Below are positions 27,378 through 35,746 of a DNA stretch of 52,390 nt, in pieces. The first letter of the stretch is position 1. The number at the start of each line of letters is the position of its first letter. The notes below the pieces were generated by a model, which was not told the origin of the DNA, searched no databases, and worked only from the letters and a program-made list of their open reading frames with translations. The position numbers were made by a program, and so were the translations under genes. The DNA is from Frankiales bacterium (GTDB taxonomy: Bacteria > Actinomycetota > Actinomycetes > Mycobacteriales > SCTD01). The stretch is from the NCBI GenBank assembly GCA_025352005.1, contig JANXUE010000159.1:1-52390 (forward strand). Direction: 5' to 3'.

Positions 27378-27398
27378 TGCCCTAGTGGCTGCCCTAGT
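27378..27398 (+). promoter_or_regulatory. Two further TGCCCTAGT 9-mers, 12 bp apart, just inside the right end of the element
   Basis: Copies at 27378-27386 and 27390-27398. The 9-mer and the 12-bp spacing are the same as in the array at 6205-6237. Confidence 0.5.
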
Positions 27399-27440
27399 CC
27401 CGTAACACATAACCGCAGGTCAGAGGGCATGCCCGGCTAC

Positions 27441-27496
27441 CTTGAGGTGCTAGTTCTCAGTGATGGGATTGGGGGTTCAAGTCCCCCCTCGGACAC
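27441..27496 (+). repeat. attR core: displaced 3' fragment of tRNA-Leu (no 5' half)
   Basis: Identical to 6012-6067. The upstream sequence (gcccggctac) cannot form the acceptor or D arms. Confidence 0.9.
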
Positions 27497-27503
27497 ATTG
27501 CCA

Positions 27504-27541
27504 GAAGGCCTCTGACCTGCGAGTTTAGGTCGGAGGCCTTC
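27504..27541 (+). terminator. Strong hairpin directly downstream of the tRNA fragment (possible native tRNA terminator or att-flanking structure)
   Basis: GAAGGCCTCTGACCT / AGGTC(G)GAGGCCTTC forms a 14-bp stem with one bulge and an 8-nt loop. No T-tract follows. Confidence 0.35.
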
Positions 27542-27557
27542 GTCATGCCAGGCGTAG

Positions 27558-27641
27558 GGCCTAACCGTGGCCTAACGGATGCGCCGTGCTGGACCGTCAG
27601 TGCGGCATCTGTCGTGGCCTAACCGACTCGCGTGGCCTAAC
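27558..27641 (+). promoter_or_regulatory. Four GGCCTAAC repeats upstream of the second integrase gene; candidate arm-type sites
   Basis: GGCCTAAC occurs at 27558, 27569, 27616 and 27634. Three copies are GTGGCCTAAC. They lie between the att copy and the int start at 27668. Confidence 0.45.
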
Positions 27642-27667
27642 CACTTCGAGCGTGCGGGAGACCCTTC

Positions 27668-29095
27668 ATGGCGACGATCAAAGTCCGGACAAAAGCTGAT
27701 GGCAAGCCGTCCTTCCGGGTGGTGTGGAAGGCCGGTGGTGGTCGGGATGGGAACTGGGAGTCCGAAACGTTCGGCGTACGAAGCCACGCGGTCCGGTTCC
27801 GCCGAGACGTGGACGACGCGGACCAGAACTGGCCGGACGGCTGGACCAAAGGGCTCGGCTACCAAGGCGCAGCTGCTCAGGAGGTCGAAGGGCCGGAGGA
27901 CCCGACGTTCATGGAGTTCGGCCGTAGCTACGTCCGGGACCTGACCGGGATTACCCCCGCTACCAGGCACCGGTACGACCGGCAGGTTGCCTTGGTCGAC
28001 GTGCAGCTGCGACAGGTGCTGCGACAGGCCGTGACGATCAATAACGTTGAGGACGTGCACATCCGACGCTGGGTCAACGGGCGCGAGGCGGCCGGCGCGC
28101 GTCCCAAGACGATCGCGAACTACCACGGGCTGCTGTTCATGATCATGGCCTGCGCGGTCGGCCGCGGCCTTCGACCGGGTAACCCGTGCGCTGGCACCCG
28201 TCTGCCAGACCGCTACTCCCCCGATGCCGAGGGCGACGGTGATGTCGTCTTCCTGACCGAGACGCAATTCGCGTTGATCGCTGACGCCATGTTTCCTGAT
28301 GCCCAGGTCCCGGACCTGGTCGGCCGGCGGTCCGGGCGGCTGCCCCAGGCCTCGGTGGGCGCCTGTGCTGGCACCGTGGAGGATCGGATGCTGCTCCAGG
28401 TTGCGGTCGGGACGGGGCTGAGATGGTCGGAACTCACCGCGCTGCAGGTCCACGACCTGGAACTCGACGGGCCGGTAGCCCGGCTGTCGGTGCGGCGAGC
28501 GTGGAAACGCAACCCCAAGGGTGAGTTTGCAATCGCAGGTGAGGGTGCCTTCTATCTCGGCAAGCCCAAGTCGAAGAAATCCCGCCGACGCATCACGCTG
28601 TCACCAACCGTTGTCGTCCTGTTGCGGCAGATAACACGCGGCAAACTGCCGGGTGACCTGGTCTTCACCGCGCCACAGGGCGGACGTCTCAACCAGGCCA
28701 CGTTCTATGAGGACCGCTGGAAGAAGGCGGTGGCGCTGGCGCACGCCCGGGGTGTCACCGTCAGCCCGCGCTTTCACGACTTGCGTCACACGCACGCGGC
28801 CTGGCTGATCAGCGCGGGGGTTCCACTGCCCGTCATCCAGCAACGACTCGGCCATGAGTCGATCACGACCACGGTGGACACCTATGGCGGCCTGCTGCTC
28901 CAGGCCCATGACGTGGCCGACGCCGCGATCGACGCGGCGCTGGCTGGAAGACCCGTCCCGGCACCTCGCCCGATCAGCGCGTCGGCTGGTCACGTTCTGG
29001 CGGCCGATAACCAGGTCTGCGATGACCCGGTCTTGGACGCCGACCTCGTCGAACCGGGTCCCGACAACCCCGACGACAGCGCACCTGAACGTTGA
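27668..29095 (+). CDS. int: Tyrosine-type site-specific integrase (second, unrelated copy)
   Basis: 475 aa: MATIKVRTKADGKPSFRVVWKAGG...; GTGLRWSELTAL; HDLRHTHAAWLISAGVPLPVIQQRLGHESITTTVDTYGGL. It starts 172 bp after the att copy. Confidence 0.9.
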   Translation: MATIKVRTKADGKPSFRVVWKAGGGRDGNWESETFGVRSHAVRFRRDVDDADQNWPDGWTKGLGYQGAAAQEVEGPEDPTFMEFGRSYVRDLTGITPATRHRYDRQVALVDVQLRQVLRQAVTINNVEDVHIRRWVNGREAAGARPKTIANYHGLLFMIMACAVGRGLRPGNPCAGTRLPDRYSPDAEGDGDVVFLTETQFALIADAMFPDAQVPDLVGRRSGRLPQASVGACAGTVEDRMLLQVAVGTGLRWSELTALQVHDLELDGPVARLSVRRAWKRNPKGEFAIAGEGAFYLGKPKSKKSRRRITLSPTVVVLLRQITRGKLPGDLVFTAPQGGRLNQATFYEDRWKKAVALAHARGVTVSPRFHDLRHTHAAWLISAGVPLPVIQQRLGHESITTTVDTYGGLLLQAHDVADAAIDAALAGRPVPAPRPISASAGHVLAADNQVCDDPVLDADLVEPGPDNPDDSAPER

Positions 29096-29118
29096 CCAGG
29101 CTGCCCTGTTCATACCTA

Positions 29119-29433
29119 CTAGCTCCGTCGTGGGCGACGGGCGCCGGTCGGGATTGGCGTTGCTCGCGGCGACTCTTCTCCACTTGCGATGATCTGTCCC
29201 AGGTGCGCTGCGGTGAATCGGACGTGGCGTCCCAGCCGGGTGTGCGGCACCTGCCGGGCTGACACCCGATCACGAAGCCAACTTCGGGGAACGCGGAGGA
29301 ACGAGGCGGCCTCATCAATGGTGAGCAGACCGGCATCGTGCTGCACCGACGCCGCGGCGGGGTCTGCAGACGGCTTCGGGGCGGGAGTCGGAATGGCAGG
29401 GCGCGTCCGCACCAATGCAGGAGGCTCGGGCAC
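29119..29433 (-). CDS. xis: Excisionase-family helix-turn-helix protein
   Basis: ...LLTIDEAASFLRVPRSWLRDRVSARQVPHTRLGRHVRFTAAHLGQII... The gene is convergent with int, the same layout as int/xis at 6283-7863. Confidence 0.65.
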   Translation of the reverse strand: MPEPPALVRTRPAIPTPAPKPSADPAAASVQHDAGLLTIDEAASFLRVPRSWLRDRVSARQVPHTRLGRHVRFTAAHLGQIIASGEESPRATPIPTGARRPRRS

Positions 29434-30023
29434 AGCTCAGCACCCGCCGACGTCGATCGTGGTCACAACCGCAGATGTGCCGGACGGCAGGGCCGGGTCA
29501 GACGAGGGCTTGGTGGGGCTGCAGGCGATGTGGGTCCCACGCGTGATCTCCTGATCCGACTTCCCTGCCGCATGATCAACGGCCGCTGCGCGTCCGTCGA
29601 GTTCTGCCTGCCTCAAGAGTTTGCTGACCGCTGACAAGGCGGCGGGCGAGAAGGCCCGGGTGGGCTCGTTGGCTTGCCCCGGAGCTTGGAGCACGGCGGC
29701 GTCTGGCTTGGATGCGCCAACAGCGGGGACCGAACGCTGAGGGGATCGGGGCCGCTGCTGGTTGGCTGGCACTAGTGCCCCGGTGTGCTGGTGCAGGTGG
29801 AGAGCTTTCAGGCCCTGCCGACCGGTCGGTGTAGCCGGCCGCGAGAGACACCCGACGCGACGGACGCAGCGCTTTGCCTCGGGCTGGTGCCGGTGTCGCC
29901 ACGCGGCCCCGCTGTTCCTCGGCGACGTCATAGCTGGGACAGGTGACAAACGGGACGTCGGAGTCTCCCGCAATGTAGGCACTACCGGCCAGGGTCACCC
30001 CGACCGGCAACCCACGACAACCT

Positions 30024-30347
30024 TTGCGCGCGAGGCCCCGGCCCGAGCCCCCGGGCACCTCCATACCGTCTAGCAAGTGGAACAGGATCGAGCACAGGCT
30101 GTTCGCGCATATCACGATGAACTGGCGTGGCCGGCCGTTGACCAGCCACGACGTGATCATCGAACTCATCGGCGCCACCACGACCAGAGCCGGGCTCACC
30201 GTGCACGCCGAAGCCGACACCAACAACTACCCACGCGGGATCAAAGTCACCGACGCCCAGATGGCGGCCATCAAGCCTCAGATCAAACCCCACACCTTTC
30301 ATGGCGAGTGGAACTACACGGTCCGACCCAGAACTACACGAGTCTAA
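30024..30347 (+). pseudogene. ISAzo13-family transposase, C-terminal fragment only
   Basis: ...PPGTSIPSSKWNRIEHRLFAHITMNWRGRPLTSHDVIIELIGATTTRAGLTVHAEADTNNYPRGIKVTDAQMAAI..HTFHGEWNYTVRP matches the conserved C-terminus of this family. No upstream DDE region is present. Confidence 0.7.
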
Positions 30348-30844
30348 TTCACAACACCGCATTTGTTTCTTGGTGGGCCCTTAGCATCGATCACCGTTGA
30401 TCTCGAAGGTCGTGCGGTGAAAGCTGGTCGGCCAGCGTCCTGGCCCTAGCCCGGAGGAGGGCAGGGACAAGCGGTGCGGGTGAGGCACAGGTCGTGCAGG
30501 GCGCCTCAGCTTCCGGGCCGGCGGAAGACAGCGGGGTACATCGCCGCTACGAGGCCACCGGAGATCGCACCCGCGGCAGCACCGTCAACCCATGAACCTG
30601 CGACTGCGCGGATCAGCAGGACCACCAGGCAGGTCGTGACGATGACGAGCACCGTGAACGCGCCGATCCTTCGCGGCTCAGGGCCTGCTTGGCGCGTAGC
30701 GCCTGGTGGTAGCGCCAGTCCATCTTCTTGGTAGCGCTGTTCTGGGAACTTGGTAGCACTGCGGCGGGTACGCCGTCGGGCCTGCTCTGCTGAGGGCGGC
30801 GACACGCTGGGTGTCGCCGTTCTTTGCGTTGGAGGACGAAGTTC

Positions 30845-32494
30845 GTGACGGACTATCGCAGGATCGTGGTCCTGCTGTTTGAGGGCCGGAGCTATCGCGA
30901 CGTTGTCGAGGTGGTCGGCTGCTCGCACCGCGACGTGTCGCGTGTGCGGAAGGTGATCGAGGAACGCGGCGTGACCGCGACGACGGTGGTGAGCGAGCAG
31001 GACCTGGCGGGCTGGTTCCCTGATGGTCGCCGGCTGGTGTCGGCGACGTACGAGCAGCCCGACCTTGCTGCGGTGCTGGCTGGGATGAAGGCTCAGCGGC
31101 ACTTCACGTTGCTGATGGCGTGGCGCCGCTACGCCGACACGACGACGTCTGTGGGGGCGCGGAAGTACGGGTACGCGCAGTTCTGTGCGTTGTTCGCCGA
31201 CTACGTGCGGACCAACGACCTGGTGGCGACGTTGCGTCACGAGCCTGGGCGGGCGATGTTGGTCGACTGGGCCGGTGACACCGTCGATCTGGTCGACGCC
31301 GCCAGCGGGGAAGTGGTCCGGGCGGTGCTGTTCGTCGCGGTACTGCCCTACTCGGGTGTGCTGTTCTGTCGCGCTTACCTCGACATGAAGTCACCGGCGT
31401 GGCTCGATGCTCACGTTCGTGCGTTCGGGTTCTTCGGCGGCGTCAGCCAGATCGTGGTCCCGGACAACCCGACGACCTCAACCCATCAGCGGGTCAAGGG
31501 CGAGGCTGAGCGGGTCGTCAACGTTCGCTACCAGCAGCTGGCTGACCACTACCAGACCGCGATCGTGCCAGCCCGAGCTCGCAAGCCTCGGGACAAGGCC
31601 GCGGTCGAGAACGCCGTCAACGTCGTGAACAAGCGGGTCATCGGCTACCTCGAGGGTGAGGTGTGGACCACGCTGGCGGAGCTGAATGAGGCCGTCGAGG
31701 AGCGTGTCGCCGAGGTCAACCACGACCTGCGCCGCGCGGATGGCACCACCCGCTGGGAGCAGTTCGTCGTCGAGGAGCAGCCGCTGCTGGCAGCCCTGCC
31801 GGCGAGCCGGTTCGAGGAGGTCGAGTGGAAAGAGTGCAAGGCCGGGCGGAACTACCACATCTCGTGTGACTACCAGCGCTACTCGGTGCCCTACCGGCTG
31901 GCCGGACAGCTGTTGCGGGTGCGGCTGACCGCGACCCGGGCGACGATCTTCGACGGCCACGACCTGGTGTGTGAGCACCGGCGGCTGACCGGGCGCAAGG
32001 GCCAGTACTCCACCCTGGCCGAGCATGTGCCGCCGCAGCATCAGGGCATCGACGGACTGTGGTCCCGGCGCTGGTTCACCGACCGGGCCCGCTCGTTCGG
32101 GCCCGCGACCGTTCAGGTAATCGAACAGATCCTGGACCGCCACGCGATCGAGGCCCAGGGCTACCTGGACTGCCAAAACATCCTGTCCGGCCTGGGCAAA
32201 GCCAACCGGGAACGGCTCGAGGCCGCCTGCCAGGAACTGCTCAACAACCGCGGGCAGGCCTCCTACACGATGCTGAAACGGCTGATGGCAGCGATCAACT
32301 CCGACGCCAACAAGGCCCGCAAGATCACCCCGGCACCCTCGACACGCAAGCGCAGCAGCACCACCGGTGTCGGGGGCACCGGGAGCGTCGAGTTGGGACC
32401 GGACGTCTACGTCCGCGACGCCTCCCACTACGAGCTCACCTCTGCCCCCGCCCTGTCCAACCTCGCCGACGGCCAGCAGGGGGTGGGTCGGTGA
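30845..32494 (+). CDS. istA: IS21-family transposase IstA
   Basis: VTDYRRIVVLLFEGRSYRDVVEVVGCSHRDVSRVRK is the HTH. LVDWAGDT...LPYSGVLF...VPDNPTTST... is the DDE region. GTG 30845 is preferred over the track TTG at 30824. Confidence 0.85.
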   Translation: MTDYRRIVVLLFEGRSYRDVVEVVGCSHRDVSRVRKVIEERGVTATTVVSEQDLAGWFPDGRRLVSATYEQPDLAAVLAGMKAQRHFTLLMAWRRYADTTTSVGARKYGYAQFCALFADYVRTNDLVATLRHEPGRAMLVDWAGDTVDLVDAASGEVVRAVLFVAVLPYSGVLFCRAYLDMKSPAWLDAHVRAFGFFGGVSQIVVPDNPTTSTHQRVKGEAERVVNVRYQQLADHYQTAIVPARARKPRDKAAVENAVNVVNKRVIGYLEGEVWTTLAELNEAVEERVAEVNHDLRRADGTTRWEQFVVEEQPLLAALPASRFEEVEWKECKAGRNYHISCDYQRYSVPYRLAGQLLRVRLTATRATIFDGHDLVCEHRRLTGRKGQYSTLAEHVPPQHQGIDGLWSRRWFTDRARSFGPATVQVIEQILDRHAIEAQGYLDCQNILSGLGKANRERLEAACQELLNNRGQASYTMLKRLMAAINSDANKARKITPAPSTRKRSSTTGVGGTGSVELGPDVYVRDASHYELTSAPALSNLADGQQGVGR

Positions 32495-33261
32495 TCTTCA
32501 CCAGCGTCGACTACGACAAGTTCCGCGCCCTGCGCGTCACCCACGTCGCGACCCGGTTCGAGGAGCTCGTCAACGATGAGGCCAACGACGACCTCACCCC
32601 CGAGAGTCTGTTCCTGACCGCGGTCGACGACGCGCTGGAAGCACGGCGGGTCAACAAGATCGAGAAACTGATCCGTGCCGCGGGATTCCCGATCCCCGGG
32701 GCCACGATCGCCGAGATCGACTACCGCGAAGGACGCGGGGTCAACCCAATCAGGATGAGGCGCTACGCCGACCACGAATGGCGAGCCGACCCCGTCAACC
32801 TGTTGATCATCTCACCCACCGGTGGCGGGAAGACCTACCTCGCATCAGCCCTGGGGATCGCGGCCTGCCACAACGAGCACACCGTCACCTACGTCCGCAT
32901 GGACGACCTCGCACGCCGACTCGTCCTGGCCCGGGCCGACGCGATCGCCCACCAACAGATGCTCAACGCACTGTCCAACGTGGACCTGCTCGTGATCGAC
33001 GACTTCCTCACCGTCGGCATCGACCACGACGCCGCAGCCGACCTGTTCGCCGTCCTCGCCAACCGCGACCACAGGCTGCCCACCATGATCGCCTCCCAGA
33101 CCGGGCCCGCCCACTGGGTCGCCGAGCTACCCGACCGGATCGCAGCCGACTCGATCGTGAATCGACTCGCGAACCGAGCCCGCACAATCACCCTCGGCGA
33201 CATCGACATGCGCAAACTCCGCCACGACCAGCACCGCACCCACGAGACGTACTGGGAGTAG
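32491..33261 (+). CDS. istB: IS21-family helper ATPase IstB
   Basis: GTG 32491 overlaps the istA stop (GTGA). Walker A: ISPTGGGKTYLASALG. Walker B: VDLLVIDDF. The protein is 256 aa. Confidence 0.85.
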   Translation: MIFTSVDYDKFRALRVTHVATRFEELVNDEANDDLTPESLFLTAVDDALEARRVNKIEKLIRAAGFPIPGATIAEIDYREGRGVNPIRMRRYADHEWRADPVNLLIISPTGGGKTYLASALGIAACHNEHTVTYVRMDDLARRLVLARADAIAHQQMLNALSNVDLLVIDDFLTVGIDHDAAADLFAVLANRDHRLPTMIASQTGPAHWVAELPDRIAADSIVNRLANRARTITLGDIDMRKLRHDQHRTHETYWE

Positions 33262-33572
33262 CCGCGCCACAGCGGCCCCGGCGAAACCCAGCGTCGGGGC
33301 CGCTACCGAATCCGCCGAGCAGCGCTACCAACTACCCGGACCGCCGCTACCGCCCGGAGCTATGCGCCACCTGCTCTCATCGAGTCCGCCTAGCGAGCAC
33401 GAAAGACCGCAGCCCAGCTGCACAGCGATCCGATTAGGAGCACCAGCAGCAGGTAAGTGAACGCGTCGGACGCCTTGACCGCGCCACTGAGGCTCCCAGA
33501 ATCGTCAGCGCCCAGATCAACGCGCTAAAGATCTGCAAGCGTCCAAAGGACTGATCGGGCTCAGTGCCTAGC

Positions 33573-33604
33573 GCCATGCAGCCATGCAGCCATGCAGCCA
33601 TGCA
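33573..33604 (+). repeat. Tandem repeat (GCCATGCA) x4
   Basis: gccatgca gccatgca gccatgca gccatgca is read directly. It lies in a non-coding gap downstream of the SRPBCC gene. Confidence 0.9.
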
Positions 33605-33714
33605 GGTACCGCGATTGGCAACCTTCGCCCGGAAGGCGGCTGCGAGGACAGCTGGCTTCAGATCGCGTTCCGGCCGAACGACTCGACTGAACGACTACCG
33701 GCCAATCGCTCGGC

Positions 33715-34152
33715 TCAGGGCTGGGCTGGCCCTTCAGCGGCCTGGCCGTCGGTGACGACGTCGTGTCGGGCGCTTCGCCGAGCCAGGGCACCGAACAGCC
33801 GGCCGATCCCTGACGTTTCGAAGTCGATCTCTATGTCGACCTGCGTCTGTGTCCCGCGCTCGTAGGGCACGAGCGTCATCGTGACAACGGGGCGGACTGG
33901 TCCATCCACGCCACGGAATCCGTACCGATGGCCCGGCTCGTAGTCGGTGACTTCCCAGGTCGCCGTCATCGATCGTCCTTGCACCCGCCGGGTCTCCCTG
34001 ACCCGGGTGCCCCGCCCCTCCCCGGTACGGTGCTCGATCTCGATTCGCTGGACGGCGTCCTGCCACTCCGGGCGCCGCGTGGGGTCGACGATGTAGTCAA
34101 AGACGTCCTCCGGCGTTCGGCGTATCCGTACTGACCCGGTGATCGAGGACAT
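33715..34152 (-). CDS. SRPBCC-family protein (polyketide cyclase/dehydrase-like)
   Basis: MSSITGSVRIRRTPEDVFDYIVDPTRRPEWQDAVQRIE...WEVTDYEPGHRYGFRG... is the typical SRPBCC pattern. Confidence 0.8.
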   Translation of the reverse strand: MSSITGSVRIRRTPEDVFDYIVDPTRRPEWQDAVQRIEIEHRTGEGRGTRVRETRRVQGRSMTATWEVTDYEPGHRYGFRGVDGPVRPVVTMTLVPYERGTQTQVDIEIDFETSGIGRLFGALARRSARHDVVTDGQAAEGPAQP

Positions 34153-34377
34153 GGGTGCCTCCTATCGCAGCAGCAAGTGATCTTCTACCACGACCGAGCC
34201 CTGGACCGGTGTCCCTGAAGGGCCGTTCAGGGCGAAGGTTGCCGGTCTCGATACTAGCCGCGGACACGACCTGCAACAGAGTTCAACGTCCTGCTCGGCG
34301 GCCTGAGCCGGACAACGGTGTCCCGCTGGCCCTTCCACTTGCGGACACGGCACCGCGGAGTCCGGTAGCGTCGCGGA

Positions 34378-34779
34378 GTGGCCGGCTACTCAGCAACCCC
34401 GCAGGCGCGCAAGCTCGGCCTGAAGTCCGGGGTGCGGTTCGCCGCGGTTGCAGTCCCGGCTGGCTGGGACCTGGACGAGCCGCCACACCTCGACGTTGCC
34501 GCGGAGGGTGCAGGCCGTGCCGACGTGCTGCTGCACTTCGTTCGCTCGGCGGCCGAGATCCCGTCCGCGGTTGAGTCTGCCGCACCACGGATCTTCCCTG
34601 CCGGAGCGTTGTGGATTGCTTGGCCACGCAAGGCTGCAGGGCATGTCAGCGACGTCACCGAGAACGCTATCCGCGACGCCGCGCTCGCGCGCGGCCTGGT
34701 CGACGTGAAGGTGGCAGCGATCGATGAGGACTGGTCCGGCTTGAAGATCGTCTGGCGGAAAGAGCTTCGGAAGTCGTGA
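34378..34779 (+). CDS. DUF3052-family protein
   Basis: GTG start: (M)AGYSATPQARKLGLKSGVRFAAVAVPAGW...ALWIAWPKKAAG-type core (ALWIAWPRKAAGHVSD). Confidence 0.7.
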   Translation: MAGYSATPQARKLGLKSGVRFAAVAVPAGWDLDEPPHLDVAAEGAGRADVLLHFVRSAAEIPSAVESAAPRIFPAGALWIAWPRKAAGHVSDVTENAIRDAALARGLVDVKVAAIDEDWSGLKIVWRKELRKS

Positions 34780-34958
34780 CAGCGCAGACGACGAGTAGGC
34801 GAGGTATCGCTCTTGACCTGACTTGCTCGTTTAATGGGCCAATGGTCGCTTGGGCCACCGCGCCCAGCAATCCCGCAGGCCGAACCGGCTTGCGGCACGT
34901 CGACCACCGGCGCTCGGGCGAGCGGCAAAGATAAACTCAGATGTCGTACACCGATCCG

Positions 34959-35297
34959 TCAGCGGACAAGCGCGATCGTGGTCCCGTTGAGGCGCGCGCT
35001 GCCCCATTGGGCCATGGCCGCGAGGATCGGTCGTACGGTGTCGCCCGATTCGGTGAGTGAGTAGCGGACGCAGGGCACGGCGCCCGTGCCGATCTCGCGC
35101 TCGATCAGGCGCTGCGCTTCGAGGTGGCGAACCGTCTGGGTGAGCACCTTATGGCTGACTCCGGGCGCCAGACGCTGGAGCTCGTTGAAGCGGCGCGGCT
35201 GCTGCGCGAGCGCGTAGAGGACGATGAGATGCCACCTGCCGCCAAGGACCTCCAGCGCGGTGGTCAACGGGCAGGGCGTCGAAGTTTCCTCGCTCAT
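34959..35297 (-). CDS. HxlR-family winged-helix transcriptional regulator
   Basis: MSEETSTPCPLTTALEVLGGRWHLIVLYALAQQPRRFNELQRLAPGVSHKVLTQTVRHLEAQRLIER...YSLTESG. It is divergent from the NIPSNAP gene. Confidence 0.85.
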   Translation of the reverse strand: MSEETSTPCPLTTALEVLGGRWHLIVLYALAQQPRRFNELQRLAPGVSHKVLTQTVRHLEAQRLIEREIGTGAVPCVRYSLTESGDTVRPILAAMAQWGSARLNGTTIALVR

Positions 35298-35370
35298 CGC
35301 GACATTCTCGCGCACGCGACACGGTAGGCACCTCAGAGTGCGTTCTTGTGGGCGTCGCACGCGTTGCCCG

Positions 35371-35739
35371 ATGATGATGATCATGACGCCAGAGATCGAG
35401 GTGAGGACCTATCGCGCGAAGCCCGGGTTGCGAGAACCACTGCTCGAGCTGCTTCGCGCGCGGGCCTTTCCGCTGCAGCGCAAGCTCGGCATGAAGGTTC
35501 TCGGACCTTTCCCGAGTCAAGAGGACGACACCACATTTGTGTGGCTGCGCGGCTTCCCAGACGAGGCCAGCCGCGAGCCGCTCAAGGCAGCGTTCTACGG
35601 GGGCGAGGACTGGCTGAATGGCCTGGAAGACGACGCGATGCCGATGCTCGACCAATTTTCCGCCGTCGTCGTGCACGACGCCGCCGACCTCTGGTCACGC
35701 TGGCCCGCCGACACAACGGCCAGCGACGAGCTCGGGTAG
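35371..35739 (+). CDS. NIPSNAP-family protein
   Basis: MMMIMTPEIEVRTYRAKPGLREPLLELLRARAFPLQRKLGMKVLGPF...FVWLRGFPDEASREPLKAAFY... Confidence 0.65.
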   Translation: MMMIMTPEIEVRTYRAKPGLREPLLELLRARAFPLQRKLGMKVLGPFPSQEDDTTFVWLRGFPDEASREPLKAAFYGGEDWLNGLEDDAMPMLDQFSAVVVHDAADLWSRWPADTTASDELG

Positions 35740-35746
35740 GGCAGGC

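Larger units (their letters stand above)
6012..27496. mobile_element. tRNA-Leu-integrated genomic island, putative integrative mobilisable element (~21.5 kb) bounded by 56-bp direct repeats
   Basis: A perfect 56-bp repeat occurs at 6012-6067 and 27441-27496. The integrase is adjacent to the tRNA. A 9-mer array lies just inside both ends. Relaxase, MobC and a wall hydrolase lie inside. Confidence 0.8.
30701..33357 (+). mobile_element. IS21-family insertion sequence (istA-istB) with multiple terminal repeats; ends approximate
   Basis: GGTAGC(G/A) occurs at 30707, 30730 and 30752. It is mirrored by CGCTACC at 33301, 33323 and 33345, with about 22-bp spacing on both sides. TTGGTAGCGCTG (30728) is the reverse complement of CAGCGCTACCAA (33320). 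Confidence 0.75.

Noticed and set aside
27195-27515. 106-aa plus ORF spanning the att copy
   Set aside because: It runs through the tRNA-derived repeat and the 9-mer sites. The composition is poor and it crosses the element boundary.
6155-27641. Possibility that the short repeat arrays (TGCCCTAGT, GGCCTAAC, CGGGCAAG) form a CRISPR array
   Set aside because: The repeats are only 8-9 nt long with irregular 11-47-bp spacing, and no cas genes are present. Their placement at element ends and intergenic regions fits protein-binding sites instead.
27572-28453. 293-aa minus ORF
   Set aside because: It is antisense to the second integrase, which has all the tyrosine-recombinase motifs.
29437-30226. 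Minus-strand ORFs of 181 and 216 aa after the second xis gene
   Set aside because: They overlap each other in different frames and are mostly Arg/Pro/Ser-rich. Short stretches (for example VGVTLAGSAYIAGDSDVPFVTCPSYDVAEEQRG) might be remnants of a decayed gene, but nothing supports an intact CDS.
30506-31240. 244-aa minus ORF crossing the IS21 left end
   Set aside because: Most of it is antisense to istA. Only the last ~60 codons outside the IS (hydrophobic AFTVLVIVTTCLVVLLIRAVAG...) might be a truncated small membrane gene. No start codon or partner fragment was found.
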